A stretch of 64,000 nt of DNA, taken from Candidatus Omnitrophota bacterium (lineage in GTDB: Bacteria > Omnitrophota > Gorgyraeia > Gygaellales > Profunditerraquicolaceae). Positions 59,159 through 64,000 of the stretch are shown here, in pieces (the stretch's first letter is position 1; each line of letters starts with the position of its first letter). The position numbers were made by a program, and so were the translations under genes. The stretch spans positions 194,524 through 258,523 of the forward strand of contig JBAZJY010000003.1 of NCBI GenBank assembly GCA_041651115.1, given 5' to 3'. The notes below the pieces were generated by a model that was given only the letters and a program-made list of their open reading frames with translations, made no database searches and was not told where the DNA came from.

Positions 59159-61063
59159 TCAGAAATAATAATTAAGCGAAGCCGCTATATACCTGTCCCG
59201 ATACACGTTTACGCTTGATTCCGTATTAGAGCCTGCGATCTGCAAATTCAGGCGTTGGCTGATGTCCCAGTTGAATTCCGCGCTGAACTTATTGCTGACA
59301 ATGCCGGTTGAATCAACGCTGCATTCATACGCCAGGCCGTAATAGAGGTCCTGGGCGCCGAAAAATATCTCTTCCTTATTCAAGTAGTGCCGCCAGTCTA
59401 TTTTTAACGAATTTGTGGAAAAGCCTTTGGGTGAGAAATACTTGTCCGACTTATCCAGGAAATTCTTGTAAAAATACCTGTATTTCAGAGCCAGCCGTTT
59501 CGGGTCCAGGGAAATAAAATATAAGATGTCCAGCCCCGGCTCATGCTTATTGTTCCCGTCGGAGTAATTCACGAATAAATAATCCAGCCCCAGCTTGGCC
59601 CTTTTATTGATATCTATATCGACGCGTTCTTTAAAGTTATCACCGTAATAATGCCCCCGGATAACCGTGCTGCTGTTCTCCAGCCGCTGGCGCTCGTAAG
59701 AAAACCTTGAAATACCGTTGCCGAAAAACCTGAAGGCGTGGCTTGCCCCGAAGGTATGCAATGGCCGGATACCCTGGTCATAAATAATAAAATCGTAAAA
59801 TACATCTGTCCACCAGCGGGGATTATTCAGATAGATAAAGCTGATCTTCCCCTCGTTTTCTACTACATCGTTAAAATCGCTGAATAACCTTTTCGTCAAC
59901 CTGTAATCAAGATTAAAATTTAAATTATAATTCAGGGGATAGGTAAATTTATTAAGAAACGAATACCTTTTAATATCATCTATCCTTGCGGAGCTGTCTG
60001 CCTCATAGAATTCATATCCGGCCTTAAGCGACGGATGCGTAGAAATAAGCGCGGCCCTTTCCCGGCCCTCTTTTGCCCTGAAATGCGCAGGGGCCCGGCT
60101 TAGTATCCTGTCGTACTCTCCGATCGCTTCCCGCCACATGGATTGATAAGAATAAACCTGCGACAGGTCGGATATTGCTTCTTCATTTTCAGGTTCCTGC
60201 GCGATCAACCGGCTATAACAATCTATTGCTTCCTCAACCCGGTTATCCCAATACGCAGTTTTTGCTGTCATTTCCAATTCAACCAAGGGATCAGCCGTTG
60301 CTATTGACAATTTCCGGTATTCCCTTATCGCATCGTCATACCTTTTTGCCCATCCTAAGACGCGCGCTTTCTGCCGCCATATCCGCTTATCAACCTTTAC
60401 CTGCAACAGCTCATCATACAACCTTATTGCTGCGGTATATTGCCGGTCCCATGATAAAACATCCGCCAGCTTTCTTTTGATGTCCGCATTATCGGGCTCA
60501 GCCAGCAGCGCCCTTTCATATCCGCCTATTGCCCCTGCATAATCCCCCCGCCAGCTCAAGATATCGGCAAGATTGGCTATCGCTTTTACGTCGGAGGGCA
60601 TGGTTTTTAAAAGCGTTTCCGCGTCGCCAAATTGCTTATCCCAGATCAAAGTTTCCGCTAATTGTAATTTTACCGCATCATCATCCGTAGATTCTATTAT
60701 TTCCCTGTAAATGCCGGCCGCTTGGGTATATTGCCTATCCCATGCCAGGGCCTGAGCAAGCGATTTTTTCATGTGCATATCTTCCGGGTCTAAAGCGAGC
60801 GCCCCGCGGAAATAGCCTGCTGCCTCCTTATTCTTTCCTGTCCATAGGCAGGAATAAGCCAACTCCTTCAAGGTATCATATCGGGAAGGATCGGCTGCCA
60901 GGCTTTTTTCATATAAGGGGATCGCTTTATCAAAGCTTCCTTTATTAAACAGCCTGTGCCCTTGATAATAATATATGTCGCTTTGCTGGGTTTTGTGGTA
61001 TACGAGGGTTGTAGCGAAGGAAGTAAAAAGCAGCGCTATGGCCAAATAGATTATTTTAAGCAT
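59159..61063 (-). CDS. TPR-repeat protein with a C-terminal beta-barrel-like domain (PgaA/BcsC-like exopolysaccharide export porin)
   Basis: About 330 aa of N-terminal TPR repeats followed by a C-terminal region rich in alternating aromatic residues. Confidence 0.55.
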   Translation of the reverse strand: MLKIIYLAIALLFTSFATTLVYHKTQQSDIYYYQGHRLFNKGSFDKAIPLYEKSLAADPSRYDTLKELAYSCLWTGKNKEAAGYFRGALALDPEDMHMKKSLAQALAWDRQYTQAAGIYREIIESTDDDAVKLQLAETLIWDKQFGDAETLLKTMPSDVKAIANLADILSWRGDYAGAIGGYERALLAEPDNADIKRKLADVLSWDRQYTAAIRLYDELLQVKVDKRIWRQKARVLGWAKRYDDAIREYRKLSIATADPLVELEMTAKTAYWDNRVEEAIDCYSRLIAQEPENEEAISDLSQVYSYQSMWREAIGEYDRILSRAPAHFRAKEGRERAALISTHPSLKAGYEFYEADSSARIDDIKRYSFLNKFTYPLNYNLNFNLDYRLTKRLFSDFNDVVENEGKISFIYLNNPRWWTDVFYDFIIYDQGIRPLHTFGASHAFRFFGNGISRFSYERQRLENSSTVIRGHYYGDNFKERVDIDINKRAKLGLDYLFVNYSDGNNKHEPGLDILYFISLDPKRLALKYRYFYKNFLDKSDKYFSPKGFSTNSLKIDWRHYLNKEEIFFGAQDLYYGLAYECSVDSTGIVSNKFSAEFNWDISQRLNLQIAGSNTESSVNVYRDRYIAASLNYYF

Positions 61064-61073
61064 AAAAAATAAA

Positions 61074-62738
61074 CTATTTTTTTTGCCGTGGGGATATCCG
61101 GTATAGATATTCGCTGCCGATGACCTTTAGCATCTCATAATCAAATTCCTTGCTTAAACGCTTGACGTCATTCTCTGCCGCCCGCTTAAAAACACAGTAG
61201 GTGACCGGTTGTTTACGGAGAAAATCAGCAACTTTTTCATCGTTATTGAGAAAGGGTATGGGATGCGGGCTAAAAAAACCTTTACCCGGGATATCCATCA
61301 CCGCCACGTTCTTTTCCGTATAATACCTTACCCCGCGGGCAAAGAATTTAGAAGTCAATATTGTATTATTAATCTCATAATTGTCCTGAATATAACGGCA
61401 GGTATCGCGCGAAGAAATATACGGCTCAATGTATTTGTCGACAAACGGAACAACCGAAAAGAGCACCGGGACAAAAAACATCAATACAGCGCAGGCCTTT
61501 AAAAGCCGGTGATGCGCCGTAAATAATAAATACGCCGAAGAGAAGATAAAAAACAGGCCCAGGAGTATATAGATCGGGAACTTTTCCGGCAGGTAAGTTG
61601 ATATATACCCGGAGAAAAGGACCGATCCGGCAGTAAAAGCGATGAACATAAGGATAAGGACTGCTGCCGTTATTTTAGCGGCGAAAAACACAAGCCGGCG
61701 TTTTTTGTTTTCCGCTGCCCCGCGGTAAATAAAATCCGCGGCGATCATTCCCAGCGCCGGGAACATCGGAAAAATGTAACTTACCAACTTGGAGTGGCAA
61801 GGCTGGAATACAAGGAAAACCGCGGCTACCCAACAGGCAAGAAAAAGATAAACCGGCTCTGCGTGTTTTTTAAAATTCTTATATAAAGATACCAGGCCGA
61901 ACGCGACAAACGCGCTCCAGGGAAACATTGCCCAGATCATGGAAAAGGGATAAAAATGCCAGGTGTCGTTTGATTTGTGCTCGGCTTCCAGCAGGCGGCG
62001 GATATGGTCGTTATAAAAAAACTCGTAGGTAAAAGCATTGCCGTATTTTTTGATCATCAGGATATACCACGGCAACGAAATAAGGACAAATAACAACAGC
62101 CCCCATAACAAAGCTTTTGAGTATAAAAATTTCAGGTCTTTTTTAAACGCGAGGAACGCAATAATGGCAATAAGCGGAACAAAAATGCCCAGCGGCCCCT
62201 TGGACAGGACCGCAAATCCGGCAGCAACAAAAAATAACAGAATGCCTGTTGTTTTTCTCTTCGGCCGGCAGTATCCCCAGAAAAACGCCAACAGCGATAA
62301 GAGGATAAACACGGAAAAGATCATATCCGTAAAGATCGTCCGGCCAAGCCCGATATAAAGGCCGGAAGACATTATGATTATACCGGAAAGGAAGGCTTTT
62401 TTTTCGTTCTTAAACGCGATAAGCGAGAAAAGATATACCGCAACCACCCCGATGGCGGCGAACACCGCGGGGAAAAAACGGCCGGCAAAGCTGCCGATAC
62501 CGAAGATCATAAAGGCGATCCGCAGCATCCAATACAGGAATATCGGCTTCTCAAATTGCGGCTGATCAAACAGGTACGGGGTCATCCAGCTCTGATGCTT
62601 GATCATTTCTTTTGCCGTGCCGGCGTAAAAAACTTCATCCGGGTCAGTGAGGCTGATAATGCCGTTACCGAAAAAGAAAAAGAAATAAGACAACACGAGG
62701 AGGATCAAAATATTCCTGATATTCCTGTTTTTTACCAT
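61074..62738 (-). CDS. ArnT/PMT-family (GT39/GT83) membrane glycosyltransferase
   Basis: N-terminal DPDEVFYAGTAKEM...YLFDQPQFEKP motif and about 12 TM helices. Confidence 0.7.
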   Translation of the reverse strand: MVKNRNIRNILILLVLSYFFFFFGNGIISLTDPDEVFYAGTAKEMIKHQSWMTPYLFDQPQFEKPIFLYWMLRIAFMIFGIGSFAGRFFPAVFAAIGVVAVYLFSLIAFKNEKKAFLSGIIIMSSGLYIGLGRTIFTDMIFSVFILLSLLAFFWGYCRPKRKTTGILLFFVAAGFAVLSKGPLGIFVPLIAIIAFLAFKKDLKFLYSKALLWGLLLFVLISLPWYILMIKKYGNAFTYEFFYNDHIRRLLEAEHKSNDTWHFYPFSMIWAMFPWSAFVAFGLVSLYKNFKKHAEPVYLFLACWVAAVFLVFQPCHSKLVSYIFPMFPALGMIAADFIYRGAAENKKRRLVFFAAKITAAVLILMFIAFTAGSVLFSGYISTYLPEKFPIYILLGLFFIFSSAYLLFTAHHRLLKACAVLMFFVPVLFSVVPFVDKYIEPYISSRDTCRYIQDNYEINNTILTSKFFARGVRYYTEKNVAVMDIPGKGFFSPHPIPFLNNDEKVADFLRKQPVTYCVFKRAAENDVKRLSKEFDYEMLKVIGSEYLYRISPRQKK

Positions 62739-62751
62739 TACCTGCCCCTCC

Positions 62752-63228
62752 CTATCGCGATATCTTCAGAATCTTATACTTTAATGTTCCCGCGGGTATT
62801 TTTATTTCAACGACCTCACCGGCCTTGCGGTTCATCAAACCTTTGCCTACAGGCGAAGAAATAGAGATCTTGCCCTGGGCATAATCCGCCTCCATTTCCG
62901 ATACCAGGGTATATTCCAGCTCCTCATCCGTATCCATGTCCTTAAGCATGACCTTGGCGCCGATCAATACTTCGTCGTTGGACATGCTCGCGTTATCAAT
63001 GATGCTGGCGTGCGCCAGCTTGAATTCAAGCTCAGAGATTTTTGCTTCATTATGCGCCTGCGCGTCCTTTGCCGCGTCGTATTCGGCGTTTTCGCTGATA
63101 TCGCCGTGGCCGCGCGCCTTTTCAATCTCTTTAGAAATTTGACGGCGCCGGACAGTCTTTAACTGCTCCAGCTCCTCAACGAGTTTCCTGTGCCCTTCGG
63201 GGGTCAGATAAGAATTTGCTGCGTCCAT
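62752..63228 (-). CDS. greA: Transcription elongation factor GreA
   Basis: 158 aa; classic GreA sequence. Confidence 0.9.
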   Translation of the reverse strand: MDAANSYLTPEGHRKLVEELEQLKTVRRRQISKEIEKARGHGDISENAEYDAAKDAQAHNEAKISELEFKLAHASIIDNASMSNDEVLIGAKVMLKDMDTDEELEYTLVSEMEADYAQGKISISSPVGKGLMNRKAGEVVEIKIPAGTLKYKILKISR

Positions 63229-63268
63229 GTTTTTATCTCCTTGCGGTGATTATACCATAAAAGCGACG

Positions 63269-63297
63269 TTGACAAAGCATTTTTAGGATGTTAGTAT
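63269..63297 (+). promoter_or_regulatory. Sigma70-like promoter TTGACA-17-TAGTAT; the ATG lies only 9 nt downstream, so the transcript is near-leaderless
   Basis: Read directly from the sequence. Confidence 0.35.
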
Positions 63298-63306
63298 ATT
63301 GGTTCT

Positions 63307-64000
63307 ATGGGGTTACTGCGCAATCTCATAAGCGGGTTATGCGACATCGTGTATCCGAAAACCTGCCATGCGTGCGGGTTAAAGATCACAGCCGGCTCCA
63401 TAGATGGCTTGGTCTGCGCAAGCTGTTGGTCAAAAATAAAGCGTAATCTTCCTCCTTTTTGCCGTAAATGCGGCAGAAATATCGCCGGCAGCGGGTCCGG
63501 CAATAACAGCTGCGCCAATTGCGTATCCGGCAACCTGCATTTTGACCGCGCCTTTAGCCCCTGCCTGTACGACGGCACGATCAAAGAGCTGGTACACGCG
63601 TTTAAATATAAAAACAAGGATTATCTCTCGGGCATTTTAGCCCGGCCGATGATCGAATTTATAGAAGAGTATAACCTGCCGATGCGCGCGATCGACGCGC
63701 TGGCAGCCGTGCCGCTGTCAACAGTCAAGCTTCGCGAGCGGGAATTCAATCAGGCGCTGCTTTTAGCCGGGCACATCGGCAAAGAATTTAATAAAGAAAT
63801 ACTACACGGCAGGCTGCTGCGGCTGCGTAATACCCGCAGCCAGGCTGAGCTTGATAACCGCCAGCGCTGCCTGAACGTGATGGATGCATTCTCGGTAAGC
63901 AAGGGCCCGGACTTAAACGGAAAAAACATCCTTTTAATCGACGATGTCCTGACTACCGGCGCCACGGCATCGGAAGCTGCCAAGGCGCTTAAAAATGCCG
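63307..64000 (+). CDS. comF: ComF-family protein (double zinc ribbon plus phosphoribosyltransferase domain), partial at its 3' end
   Basis: Multiple CxxC pairs followed by ILLIDDVLTTGAT; the gene runs off the window and is absent from the ORF track. Confidence 0.7.
   Translation, partial: MGLLRNLISGLCDIVYPKTCHACGLKITAGSIDGLVCASCWSKIKRNLPPFCRKCGRNIAGSGSGNNSCANCVSGNLHFDRAFSPCLYDGTIKELVHAFKYKNKDYLSGILARPMIEFIEEYNLPMRAIDALAAVPLSTVKLREREFNQALLLAGHIGKEFNKEILHGRLLRLRNTRSQAELDNRQRCLNVMDAFSVSKGPDLNGKNILLIDDVLTTGATASEAAKALKNA

Overview
This 64-kb window comes from a Gram-negative-type bacterium with moderate GC and almost entirely minus-strand, tightly coupled coding; many neighbouring genes overlap by ATGA. 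Two genes run off the window edges and are absent from the ORF track: at the left end a very large cyclic beta-1,2-glucan synthase-like gene (more than 2470 codons), and at the right end a comF-like gene. Between them lie sodB and then a small AT-rich two-gene cassette of membrane proteins. That cassette is flanked by about 70-bp GC-rich direct repeats and sits next to tRNA-His and an HNH endonuclease, so it is probably the remnant of an island or a defence/toxin module. Next are several tRNAs (Arg, Pro, Leu), each with a local duplication of one tRNA end, and then a long operon: amiC-like amidase, murI, queDCEF, class I fumarate hydratase, rph and rdgB. It is followed by smpB with its tmRNA (ssrA) identified directly downstream. 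A roughly 19-kb surface-polysaccharide/PEP-CTERM-type locus follows, containing many paralogous GT2 genes, a Wzm/Wzt ABC exporter, a GT4, GT-C membrane proteins, three radical SAM/SPASM enzymes (one fused to a GT2), a methyltransferase, a P-loop protein, a nucleotidyltransferase and a PEP-CTERM protein; a FemAB-like gene lies about 0.9 kb beyond the PEP-CTERM protein. Further on is a tRNA-processing neighbourhood with three tRNA-Ser genes, serS, rtcB plus archease, and tRNA-Lys. The window ends with a second exopolysaccharide operon (GH26-like hydrolase, processive GT2 synthase, TPR/beta-barrel porin, ArnT-like protein) and greA. The most novel candidates are the repeat-flanked two-gene membrane cassette and the radical-SAM/SPASM-decorated glycan locus with its GT2-radical SAM fusion.
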